Source of the DNA: Octopus sinensis
Lineage: Eukaryota
Length of the DNA: 34,087 nucleotides
Direction: 5' to 3'
Assembly (NCBI RefSeq): GCF_006345805.1
Contig: NW_021836195.1
Location: 1 to 34,087, forward strand
Every line of letters starts with the position of its first letter. The stretch's first letter is position 1. The translations under genes and the position numbers were made by a program. Of this stretch, positions 23,766 to 34,087 are shown piece by piece. The notes beneath the pieces are model-generated. The model searched no databases. It saw only the letters and a program-made list of their open reading frames with translations, and was not told where the DNA came from.

Positions 23766-24658
23766 GGTGACAGAGCAAAAAAATGGTACGAACATAAACC
23801 CGAAGGCATCATCGAAAATGATAATGCAAAGATCCTATGGGATTTTATGATTCAGTGCGACCATGAGAAAGAATATAGGAAACCAGGCATGGTGTTAATT
23901 AAGAAAGAAAGCAAACGATGCTGGATTATAGATATAGCATGCCCAGCTGACAACAATGTATGCGATAAGGAAGAAAGAAAAGTTGATAAATATGGTAGGT
24001 TAGCTTGGGAAGTTAAGCATTTGTGGTCACTAAAAATGGTGGTAGTAGGACTAATAATTGCCAGAGCCGTGGGAAGAGTTGCTTACCAACCACATGGTTC
24101 CGAGTTCAGTCCCACTGCGTGGTACCTAGGGTGCTTGGGCAAGTGTCTTCTACTCTAGCCTCAGGCCGACCAAAGCCTTGTGAGTGGATTTGGTAGATGG
24201 AAACTGAAAGAAGCCCGTCGTATATATGTATACATATATATGTGTGTGTGTATACATTTGTGTGTCCGTGTTTGTTCTCCCAACATCGCTTGACAACCGA
24301 TGCTGGTGTGTTGCGTCCCCGTAACTTAGCGGTTCGGCAAAGGAGACCGATAGAATAAGTACTAGGCTCACAAAGAATAAGACTTGGAGTCGATTTGCTC
24401 GACTAAAGGCGGTGCTCCAGCATGGCTACAGTCAAATTACTGAAACAGGTAAAAGAGTAAAGAGTAAATAGGAGCTGTAATAATGGTGGAGCAGTTACAG
24501 AAATCATCACTGCTTGGACCCGCTTGAATGCTCCGGATGGTGCTCGGAAAATAAGGGGTGTTACTTTAGTCCTAAGGTAGTGAACTGCTGACACCGTAGT
24601 ACATCTCCAGCATTAGAAGCTGTGCAAAGATAGTAATAATAATAATAATAATAATAAT
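23766..24658 (+). mobile_element. 5'-truncated R4/Dong retrotransposon (restriction-like endonuclease domain), interrupted by a family-A SINE
   Basis: KWYEHKPEGIIENDNAKILWDFMIQCDHEKEYRKPGMVLIKKESKRCWIIDIACPADNNVCDKEERKVDKYGRLAWEVKHLW: the R4 RLE motifs are recognisable, with the catalytic PD as PG. Resumes at 24466 as IGAVIMVEQLQKSSLLGPA*MLRMVLGK* (stop 24552-24554), then 3' UTR and (TAA)n tail 24631-24658. Confidence 0.9.
24078..24465 (+). mobile_element. Family-A SINE (5'-clipped) nested in the Dong fragment
   Basis: gttgcttaccaaccacatggttccgagttcagtcccactgcg...gctccagcatggctacagtcaaattactgaaacaggtaaaagagt. Confidence 0.92.
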
Positions 24659-25018
24659 TCTTTCTACTTTAGGCACAAGGCTTGAAATTTTTGGGGAGGA
24701 GACCAGTCGATTTCATCGACCCCGAAAGGATGAAAGGCAAAGTCGACCTCGGCGGAATTTGAACTCAGAACGTAGCGGCAGACGAAATACATATTTCTTT
24801 ACTACCCACAAGGGGCTAAACACACAGAGGACAGACAAACGGATTAAGTCGATTACATCGATCCCCAGTGCGTAACTGGTACTTAATTTAATCGACCCCG
24901 AAAGGGTGAAAGGCAAAGTCGTCCTTGGCGGAAATTGAACTGTATTGAGTGTAGCGACGGGCGAAATACGGCTAAACATTTCGTCCAGCTTTCTAAACGA
25001 TTCTGCCAGCTCGCGACC
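24658..25018 (-). mobile_element. Dimeric family-B SINE
   Basis: atcgaccccgaaagg.tgaaaggcaaagtcg at ~24716 and ~24891; head taaacgattctgccagctcgc at ~24994-25014. Confidence 0.9.
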
Positions 25019-25042
25019 CTAATGATAATAATAATAATAATG

Positions 25043-25094
<52 letters not shown>

Positions 25095-25819
25095 CAATAA
25101 TAACAATAATAATAATGATGATGATGATGATGATGAAATAATTTTCTATATCATTGTTAGTCCGTTTTACAATCCAGCCGTTTCTATTACTTTCATACAT
25201 TTATTATTATTTTTTTAATTCCTTTATTCCCTTGTACATATTCATTTTTTTTCTCTCCCTTTTTTCGGCCAATGTTCTTTTCTCCTAATGTCAAACTCTT
25301 CTGTTATTAATCTACCGTTGTGCATCTGTCAGTAAACACCTTCACTGTCGAATTTTTTTTCTTCCTCCCACTTTATTTTCTAATTCTAACTCATTTTGTC
25401 CTGGCTTTACATCTTTTGGTCTTTGTTCTCTCTTTATTCAATAGACAGTCTCTCTTTCTCTCTCACTTATCTCCCTCCTCCTCTATATTTCTCTTTTTAT
25501 TTCTCTCTCTCTTTTAGTTCCAAGTGTCAGGTCTCTTAATAGAAAAAATGGCTGATTGACAACGAATGCTAAAGTAAAGTAGAGAAAATGGGTCATGGGT
25601 AAGAGGTGGGGGTTGAGGGTTTGTGTTAAAGTGCCACGGTGCTTGGCATGGACCCCTAGTTAATTAAAAATACTTATTAATATATGTCTGTTCCCTTCAT
25701 ATTGAAGAACGGGGTCCTACAAAATATATATTAAAAAATAAGAGAGAGAAGAGGGAGTGAGAGAAGGGAATCTGCCATCACTTCTGACCCCGAAATGTCT
25801 AGCATCTTTAACAAGACCA

Positions 25820-26912
25820 TGAACAAGACAACCAACAACAACACAACAACAACAACACAACAACAACAACAACAACAGCAACCACAGCAACAACAAGATC
25901 TCACGGTGGCTGTAGTAAGAACAAGAACAACAACAACAACAACAGCAACAGCAGCAGCAACAATGTCAACAACATCTCTAATAATATTAGTTGAGATACC
26001 AAAAGATGACGACAGCGACGTAGACGACGACGAGAATGATGATGATGATGATGTTGACGACGGCGCGGCGGCGGCGGCGGTGGTGGTGGTGATGATGATG
26101 GTATTGGTGGTGGTGGTGATGATGGTGAAGAAGCAGAAATAAATTGTTGCTGCTGCGGCTGCTGGTGATGACGATTTGGCCGTAGCAGCGTTAATGATGA
26201 TGACGGCGGCGCAGCGGCGATGGTGGCGGTGATGGTAGGTAATGCTGGTAGTTGTAGGAGTGGTGGTGAGAAGGCTGCTGCGGCAGATGTTGATGATGAT
26301 GATGATGATGATGATGGTGATTTATGAGATATATGCATTCTTATGATTAATCCCTCTCAGAACCGCTGTCTCTCCCCTTTCACTCATTACTTATTTTCAT
26401 TTTGTCTTTTCTTTTTTTTTTTTGTTCTTCCACCTGGGCTATTCAACATTTTCTCACCTTCCTTCAACATCATATTCGTCATCACACACTTCTGTCATCG
26501 TCATGACCCTAATCGTCATCATCATCATCATCATCATCGTCATCGTCATTGTGATCATCGTCATCATCACCATCATCATCATCATCGTCGTCGTCAGCAT
26601 CATCATTAACGGTGTTATTCTCATCGTCGTCGATGGTGGTGACGATGAGGACGATGATGATGATCACAATGATGATGATGATGATGATGACGATGGTGAT
26701 GTTAATGATGGTGATGACGATGGAGGCAATGATGATGTCAATGATGATGATGATGTTGGTGTTGATGACAACGATGACAACGACGACGATTATGATGATG
26801 ACGACGATCACAGCGATGATGATGATATGGATGATGATGATGATGATGACAACAAATACAACGACGATGATAATGATGCTCCTCCACTTTCCTCATCATT
26901 ATCGTCGTCCTG

Positions 26913-26960
<48 letters not shown>
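25820..26960. repeat. Degenerate trinucleotide tracts (CAA, GAT, GGT/GGC, CAT, TAG)
   Basis: Directly visible; source of the low-complexity ORFs 25795-27067. Confidence 0.9.
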
Positions 26961-26962
<2 letters not shown>

Positions 26963-26989
26963 TGCGGTAGTACTTCATGTGCTAATAAT

Positions 26990-27195
26990 ACTTTCAAAGT
27001 TTGGCACAAGGCCAGCAATTATGTGGGGGAGGGGGTGCACTTCGATCGTATCGATATCAGTACTTAACTGCTACATTGTTTTATTGATCTTGAAAAGCGA
27101 AGCCGACTTCAGCATAATTTGAGCTCATTATGTAGAGAGCCGGAAGAAACGCCGAAAAACATTTTGTCCAGTGCGCTGACGATTCTGAAGCTCCA
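26990..27195 (-). mobile_element. Degenerate family-B SINE
   Basis: tttggcacaaggccagcaatt tail; acattttgtccagtgcgctgacgattctg head. Confidence 0.65.
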
Positions 27196-27229
27196 GAAAC
27201 CTCGTCATCGCCGTCAATACCTCTCCGTT

Positions 27230-27437
27230 ACCACCATAATGACCACCGCCACAAACATCCATTATCGTCATCATAATCATCATCATCATCATCATCATCA
27301 TAATTGTCATCAACTTAATCACCATCGTCATTATCACTATCACGTTGTAATTTATTATATTACTAAGATTCTGATTTAATAATACAGCGCAAGCCATCCT
27401 CCTCCTCCTCCTCCTCCTCCTCATCATCATCATCATT

Positions 27438-27514
<77 letters not shown>

Positions 27515-27550
27515 TGTCGTAGTTGTTGCTATTGTTGCTACTGTTATTAT
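27230..27550. repeat. (CAT)n/(CCT)n/(ATT)n compound tract
   Basis: Directly visible. Confidence 0.9.
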
Positions 27551-27935
27551 TTTGTTGAATGGAACACGATGTATCCTGATTATTGAAACACGAGAACTCC
27601 ATTAATAACACATTTTAACTACAACACTATCTGAAAAATATCTGTTTTGCTGCCGATCTTGTGAAAGAGCGCAAAAATCATGGTCACATACAAACACACA
27701 AACACGCTATTACGAATTACATTCTAGCTCATCCTATCCTAAACTTAATCCCCCACTCACTGATCAATTTTCTAATATGTTATTTACCATTTAAATTTTG
27801 AGATCCGCCACGAGCCAACTCCGGAAACAATACGTGGTGCCTAAAAATTGTGTGAGTGACGCAATAACTAAATGTCCTGTGAATTAGATATATCATGTAC
27901 ATTGTTTTGTCTTGGTATAAAAGATGGGCTACTGC

Positions 27936-28492
27936 AAATGCCCTGATGCAGTACCAGGCAGTGGCTCTCATGGCTTCTGATCCTAACTGATTGGAAGTGT
28001 TATCATGTACATTGTTTTGTCTTGGTATAAAAGGTGGGCTACAGCAAATATTCTGCTCAATACCACAGATTTGCTTGTCAGTTGTTTGACCGTAACCAGT
28101 TGACCATGTTCCTTAGTGGCTGACGAAATGTGCATCTCTGATCACGAGCAGAAGTAGTGGGGGAGCATCATACCTATGTGTTTAGAGGAATTCTTGGGGT
28201 TTGAATAATTCACCTTGGGAAACATGGGTGTTTCGTTCAACATCCTTATACAACCCTTATTCAGGGACCTTTTGAGCGTGATGGGTTACTCGACCAGAAG
28301 AAAATTCTAACTGGGCCCCACCTGCAAGGTCATGCGCTGTTTATCTTGATATGAGATCCCCATGTCGCGCACACATGGTTGTGATGCATGTGCCTAGTGT
28401 ACCCTTATCAGACGGGTAGTCATGATGGGTATACTGGGCTTCGTATATTTTACCCCAGTGTCATTTTGATGGCATGCACTGCTCTCTCACTC

Positions 28493-28529
<37 letters not shown>
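27936..28529 (+). mobile_element. Copy 2 (full length) of the ~555-bp element, with (TAA)n tail
   Basis: aaatgccctgatgcagtaccaggcagtgg...gcactgctctctcactc then (AAT)n 28493-28529. A ~45-bp internal segment is duplicated just upstream (27895-27939). Confidence 0.92.
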
Positions 28530-29027
28530 TATACTTGCCATTACATTTTTAATCAACCAAATATGAACCATTTTGATGCACAATGCGTCTCCATCTTCCC
28601 TTTAACTTGAAAATACTCTCTTCCCAGAATTGAGGTGGTTTCAGGGCAAAGAATTGATCAAGGTATATTTTTACGTCATCCAAGGAATTGAAATTTTTAC
28701 CATTAAGACTATCCTGCAGAGACCTGAATAAGCGGAAATCCGAAGGAGCAATATCTAGTGAAGGAGGGTGGGGTAATACATCCCAGCCGAGCTGCAGCAA
28801 TTTTTCCCAAAGCATCAAGTGCCGAAAAGGAACTTTCTTATCTCCCATTTTAAAGGGTTACAGAATTAACACAGATTATAGGAACATAAATCTCCTTCCA
28901 TGAAAAGATAGCTTAAACTGTGCTCTAAATGGAGGTGTAGTCACCTATTTTATGGACTCAACCATGTTCTAAAATAAATCGAAATGTAAGCTACTATAAA
29001 TCGGCACGAATTTTCCGAACAACCCAA
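28530..29027 (-). mobile_element. Internally deleted mariner element (one TIR; transposase N-terminus fused in frame to C-terminus)
   Basis: TIR-like ttgggttgttcggaaaattcgtgccgattt next to TA (29028-29029), ATG at 28848. ORF MGDKKVPFRHLMLW|EKLLQLGWDVLPHPP-SLDIAPSDFRLFRSLQDSLNGKNF... carries a degenerate YSPDLAPSD motif. Confidence 0.88.
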
Positions 29028-29469
29028 TATATTGCATGATAATGCATTAAAAAGAACATATGGCTGTACAATACCCAGCATTTCATAGATTTATTCAAAG
29101 AGCATATCCAGCTGATCGAACAATCGAATCGCCGAAATCAGTGGAGGTGTTGTTCTCTTTGATGATGACTTTCTTACCGTTTTTATCGCCGATGCATTTG
29201 CCTTTGTTGGCAGTAAGATCAGTGTTAAAGGCGCTTTGTTTTACAGTAACCCGAGTCAGCCATCTTCGAGCAAAACTTTAACCAAAGGCGTCCCAACCTT
29301 GACCACTCCTATAGTTATTTTTTAAAATCTTTTATTTTTTCATGAACTACAGGGACCCATCTTCTTCTCCGATGCATTCTTTATTGAAAATTTGGCTGCT
29401 ATCTTTTGCATTTCGAACGACCGTGTAATGTCTATCCATTTAATTTGACTCTTACTGTCATTGTTGTTG

Positions 29470-29543
29470 CGACTACTACTACCACCACCACCACCACCAC
29501 CACCACCACACCACCACCACCACCACCACTACTACTACTACTA

Positions 29544-29585
<42 letters not shown>

Positions 29586-29847
29586 CTCTGTAGCTTCTGT
29601 TGTTAATAAAGCAGCAAAATATTGCCAGAAAAAGACGAGATGTGCTTTGTATTGTCTGTCCGAGACATTCGTCTGTTTGGGTATTGTTGTGTTCGTATGT
29701 AAAGGACTTTTTAACAAATAGAAGTATTCTAAGGATTGTCCCACATATTGCAGCAATTTTGATGATAAGTGTCCAGTGTTCTAGTATAAAGAAAAAAAGA
29801 TAGATTGATAAATGGAGGGATAGATTGATAGATAGATAGATAGATAG

Positions 29848-29906
<59 letters not shown>

Positions 29907-30270
29907 GTGATAGATTGGTAGATAGAATAACGGAAAGGGATTAGGTGAAAAGAGAATGGAGATGGTGGGAGAGGAATGTTTAATGTTTAGTAGAACAGAG
30001 AGAAGCGAATGTGTGTAATAGTAGAGGTTAAGAGAGAGCAGGAAAGAGACAGAGAGAGTGAGAACAGGAAGAGGGAGGAAGAGAGGGAAGAGAGAGTGGA
30101 GAAGAGAAAGGAAGATGGAGAGGGAGAGAGAGACAAATGGGAGAAAGAGGAGAGAGGAAGAAGGAGAGAAAGAGGGGAAGAAAGGGAGAGAGGAACAGAG
30201 AGACAGAAAGAATACGGAAAACTCTGTGTGCGTATGTGTGCGTATGTGTGCGTGTGTGTGTGTGTGTGTG
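29470..30270. repeat. (CCA)n(CTA)n, (GATA)n and GA-rich tracts
   Basis: Directly visible at 29470-29585 and 29800-30270. Confidence 0.9.
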
Positions 30271-30488
30271 TATAAAAATAAGATAATTCTTTCTTATAAG
30301 CCACAAAGGGCAACACATTTATTGCATTCAAATACACAATACATAAAGCTGTAAAAACGGCGGTGATTTTGGGAAAATTAGTGGAAGATGAAGACGAACT
30401 TAGACAAAGGCGCCAGGGTGGGTTAAAGAAGTTTAACAAAGAAACCACTTTAAAAGTTTGTAAAATAAGAAATCTATATTGATAATGA

Positions 30489-30499
<11 letters not shown>

Positions 30500-30530
<31 letters not shown>

Positions 30531-30899
30531 GGCAGTTTGTGTGTCTGGCGTGTTTCTGGTGTCTGTTTCTCGCTACCCTCACTCTGACCACGGCTTTCAA
30601 CGATTCTGATGAAAACTTGACACACACATAGCCAAATGTCTAATTCAAAACTAAACGCAGCGAAAAATTTTGAAAAGTTCCCCCAGTTCTGAAAAGATCG
30701 ATAAATTCGACATGGGGTCGACAATCAGAAACAAACCACAGATGGTCTAGGGACGCAACTCGACCTTTTTAACTATCAAAAAAAATTTACCATAATTTTT
30801 TTTCCCCATTTTTTTGCTATTTTTTGGGCTTTAAACTTCTAAAAATGCTTTATAGTTATTTCCCTTACAAACCCGAGCAACGCCGGGCGATACTGCTAG
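30500..30899 (+). mobile_element. Non-autonomous Helitron-like element
   Basis: Starts in a (TA)n run (tatataaacggcagtttg...). 3' GC-rich hairpin cccgagcaacgccggg (30872-30887) lies 8 nt upstream of CTAG (30896-30899), followed by T: the canonical Helitron 3' signature. 5' boundary approximate. Confidence 0.75.
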
Positions 30900-30919
30900 T
30901 ATATATATATATATATATT

Positions 30920-31501
30920 GGTGCAGGAGTGGCTGTGTAGTAAGGGTTGCTTACAAACCACATGGTTCCGGGTTGAGTCCCAACGGCGTGGGACTTTGGG
31001 CAAGTCTCTTCTATTATAGTCTCGGGCCGACCAAAGCCTTGTGAGTGGATTTGGTAAACAGAAACTGAAAGAAGCCCGTCGCATGTATATATATATATAA
31101 TATATATATATATGAACTCAATAAACATACATATCTTACATCTATTTTCTTTCCTCCACCTCACTCTCTATTTTGTATCACATCGAAACTAACTATGACT
31201 TAACTTTTCCTCTCACACCGTCTCTGATGAAGGGATATTATTATTAATTAATATTCTAGAAACAGCTGTAAGACCTTCTATAAATGCTCTAATATCTATA
31301 CAGCCTTGGTTGGTTTTTTTTTATCTCATTACGCATAAAATTCATATATACACACGCTGACATAGAACCAACGTTGAACCCTTTATTCGCAATATTACCG
31401 AATCTGGAACTTAACTATGGTCTGTCTATAGCACTTATTCAGCATTACCCGACACCTTTGGGTCTCATTGATACCATTATCTCTTATAACCTCAACTTCT
31501 C

Positions 31502-31546
<45 letters not shown>

Positions 31547-31566
31547 ATATACGTATATATATACCT

Positions 31567-31653
<87 letters not shown>

Positions 31654-31874
31654 TGTGTGTGTATGTGTGTGTCTGTGTTTGTCCCCCACCATCGCTTGAC
31701 AACCGATGTTGGTGTGTTTACATCCGCGTAACTTAGCGGTTCGGCAAAACGATACCGGTAGAATAAGAACTAGGCTTACAAAGAATAAGTCCTTCGGTCG
31801 ATGTTTTTGAAGAAGGGTAGTGCAACAGCATGGCCGCAGTCAAATGATTGAAGCAAATAAAAGAATAAAAGAAT
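30920..31874 (+). mobile_element. Family-A SINE split by a ~380-bp hammerhead-containing insertion in its internal microsatellite
   Basis: 5' half 30920-31085 and 3' half 31665-31874. Confidence 0.85.
31220..31274 (+). ncRNA. Type I minimal hammerhead ribozyme with all core nucleotides intact
   Basis: GUCU-CUGAUGA-A-GGGAUAUUA-uuauuaau-UAAUAUUCU-A-GAAA-CAGCUG-UA-AGAC. Stem I GUCU/AGAC, stem II 9 bp with two G.U pairs, palindromic stem III ACAGCUGU, triplet GUA (predicted cut after 31270). Confidence 0.8.
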
Positions 31875-31927
31875 ATGTATATAGGGAGAAAAACTAATAA
31901 TATATTAAAACAGACTAACATGGTGTA

Positions 31928-32338
31928 TTCTTTTACTTGTTTTAGTCATTTGATTGCGGCTAAGCTGGAGCACCGCCCTAAGTAGAACAAATCGACCCCA
32001 GGGCTTATTCTTTGTAAGCCTAGTACTTATTCTGTCGAACCCTTTGGCCAAACTGCGAAGTTACGGGGACGCAAACACACCAACATGGGTTGTCAGGCGA
32101 TGGTGGGAAGACAAAACACAGACACACAATCATACACACACACCACACACACACAGACAGACACACGCACATATACGACGGGCTTCTTTCAGTTTTCGTC
32201 TATCAAATCAACTCACAAGGCTCTGGTCGGCCCGAAGCTATAGTAGAAGACATTTGCCCAAGGTACCGCGTGCTGGGACTGAATCCGGAACCATGTGGTT
32301 GGTAAGCAAGCTACTTACCACACAGCTACGCCTGCGTC
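31928..32338 (-). mobile_element. Full-length family-A SINE
   Basis: All segments match 17945-18352. Confidence 0.92.
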
Positions 32339-32517
32339 TCCACACAGCCACACCTTTAAAAAGAAGAAACATTTTGTGCAACTCAACCTGAGTGAAAATC
32401 TATCGGCGAAGTTGACTTAGTGCTTCTTACGGCTTTGGATATTCTTGGAAAATCAAAAAAGCGGGGGACATAAGTCCCGCACCAAAACATATGACATTTT
32501 AATTATCTTACATTATT

Positions 32518-32934
32518 ATTAAGGCGGTGAGCTGGTAGAATCGTTAGCACGCCGGATGAAATGCCTGGCAGCATTTCGTCTGTCTTTACATACTGAGTTC
32601 AAATGCCGTCGTGGTCCACTTTGCTTTCCCTCCTTTCGGGGTTGATAAAATAAGTACCAGTTGTGTACTGGTTCGATGTAATCCACTTGACCCCCACTTA
32701 ACCAAATTTCAGGCCTTGTGCTAATAGTAGAGTGGATTATTAAAACGGCGAGCTAGCAGAATCATTAGCACGTCGGACAGAATACCTAATACCGACTGTA
32801 CGTTCTGAGTTCAAATGCAGCAGAGGTCAACTTTGCCTTTCATCCTTTCGGGGTCGATAAATTAAGTACTGGGACCGATGTGATCGACTTAACCCACACC
32901 CGAAATTTCAGGCCTTGTGCCTATTGTAGAAAGA
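32518..32934 (+). mobile_element. Two tandem family-B SINEs (32518-32740, 32741-32934); the second ends in an (ATT)n array
   Basis: aaggcggtgagctggtagaatcgttagcacgccgg and aacggcgagctagcagaatcattagcacg heads; aatttcaggccttgtgc tails. Confidence 0.88.
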
Positions 32935-33036
<102 letters not shown>

Positions 33037-33556
33037 GAGTGAGAGAGCAGTGCATGCCATCAAAGTGACACTGAGGTAAAATATACGAAACCCAGTATAC
33101 CCATCATGATTGCCAGTCTGATAAGGGTGCACCAAGCACATGCAGCATAACCATATGTGCGTGACATGGTGATCTCATATCAAGATAAATAGCGTATCAT
33201 TTTCCAGGTGGGGCCCAGTTGTAATTTTCTTCAGGTCGAGTAGCCCATCCCTCACAAAAGGTCCCAGAATAATGGTTGTTTAAGTATGTTGAATGAAACA
33301 CCTATGTTTCCAAAGGCAAATTATCCAAACCCCAAAGAATTCTTCTCAACACATGCCTGCGCCCCCCCCCCAACAACTTCTCCTCGTGACCAACTGGTTA
33401 AGGTCAAACAACTGACAAGCAAATCTGTGGTATTATGCAGAATATTTGTTGCGGCCCATCTTTTATACCAATACAAAACAATGTACATGATAACACATCC
33501 AACCAATTAAGATCAGAAGAATGAAAACCAGTGCTTAGTACTGCATCAGGGCATTT
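33037..33556 (-). mobile_element. Copy 3 of the ~555-bp element (short internal deletion); shares the (TAA)n array 32935-33036
   Basis: gagtgagagagcagtgcatgccatcaaagtgacactg...actgcatcagggcattt is the reverse complement of 27936-28492. Confidence 0.92.
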
Positions 33557-33634
33557 ATTTTGTTCATCATGTACAAGTACGCGTGTATTCATCATTATTT
33601 TATTTATTTTATTCAATTAAAAGAAAGATTGAAT

Positions 33635-33705
33635 GTCACGCACAAAATAAATTCATTTCCGGAACGTATTGAATTTATTTTGTGCGTGACTTTTGGCCCA
33701 CCCTG
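33635..33705. mobile_element. Tc1/mariner-like TIR remnant with a perfect 21-bp inverted repeat
   Basis: gtcacgcacaaaataaattca (33635-33655) / tgaatttattttgtgcgtgac (33670-33690), then ttttggcccaccctg (reverse complement cagggtgggccaaaa). Confidence 0.55.
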
Positions 33706-33719
33706 TGCTGTGCTTTGCT

Positions 33720-33945
33720 TTGGAAGAAGACAAAAATATCCTACGTCCTCCACTTACTCTTGCTTCACGAGGTGTTCAATTCCTATTGATATTTGCAACA
33801 AATACGCATAGAAGTTCTACTGTCTCTGTTTCGGTCATATTTCTCCTTTGCCACACTGTAGCTCGTCTCTTTCGCTCCACCTCTGCGGTACTAGGTCCAC
33901 GAGGAGGTTGTTCGTTTTCCGAATGACTGTTGTTGGTATACTAGT
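33720..33945 (-). pseudogene. Possible degenerate N-terminal ORF region of an R4/Dong-type element
   Basis: Minus frame SHSENEQPPRGPSTAEVERKRRATVWQRRNMTETETVELLCVF resembles the recalled R4 N-terminal RRKWTxxENxxLxxCY pattern; stop codons are present. Confidence 0.3.
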
Positions 33946-34087
33946 TTTACATTTTATACACCACTTGTGGAATTTGTACTTCAGTTTTCCATTCCGGACC
34001 TTTTCAAATCTTCTCCGATTTTTACTACAACTCTGTCGTTATGAAGTGTTAGTGTGGTACCGTCGGTTATATGAGAGCAGGACACCA

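Noticed and set aside
25795-27067. Pro/Ser/His/Gln-rich ORFs resembling transcription-factor low-complexity regions
   Set aside because: Degenerate trinucleotide tracts open on both strands, with no folded domain or convincing splice sites.
27171-27210. CUGACGA...GAAAC-CUC-GUC hammerhead-like string
   Set aside because: No stem I, stem II overlaps GAAA, and the sequence is a decayed family-B SINE head (taacgattctgccagctc).
27936-28000. HDV-like ribozyme at the 5' end of the 555-bp element
   Set aside because: The only candidate P1 (gccctg/caggc) encloses 9 nt, too few for P2 and P3.
29031-29281. LHDNA peptide and 73-aa ORF next to the mariner
   Set aside because: It lies outside the TIR on the opposite strand, is not followed by the expected RPH, and shows no further similarity.
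29987-30724. 245-aa minus-strand ORF
   Set aside because: A chimera of antisense Helitron, (TA)n and TC-rich repeat.

Overview
AT-rich, microsatellite-saturated eukaryotic DNA, almost entirely intronic or intergenic. The repeat families and the density of (TA)n/(GATA)n/(TAA)n arrays look like an octopod cephalopod genome (inference from recalled repeat consensus, not a database search). No host gene could be identified with confidence, and nearly all listed ORFs are translations of simple repeats. The window is a mosaic of three tRNA-derived SINE families (two CORE-like, one MetaSINE-like that forms multimers), 3' ends of R4/Dong RLE retrotransposons in (TAA)n arrays, a ~555-bp (TAA)n-tailed element in three copies, an internally deleted mariner, pogo/Tigger-like and hairpin MITEs, and a non-autonomous Helitron. 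The main signal that standard annotation misses is a set of type I minimal hammerhead-ribozyme-like motifs at five loci (326-371, 5963-6040 as an inverted pair, 16531-16615, 18612-18650, 31220-31274). Most have a palindromic stem III of the kind used for dimeric self-cleavage. The one at 31220 has all core nucleotides intact, and the one at 326-371 lies at the 3' end of a tRNA-headed SINE-like element. All alignments and folds were done by eye.
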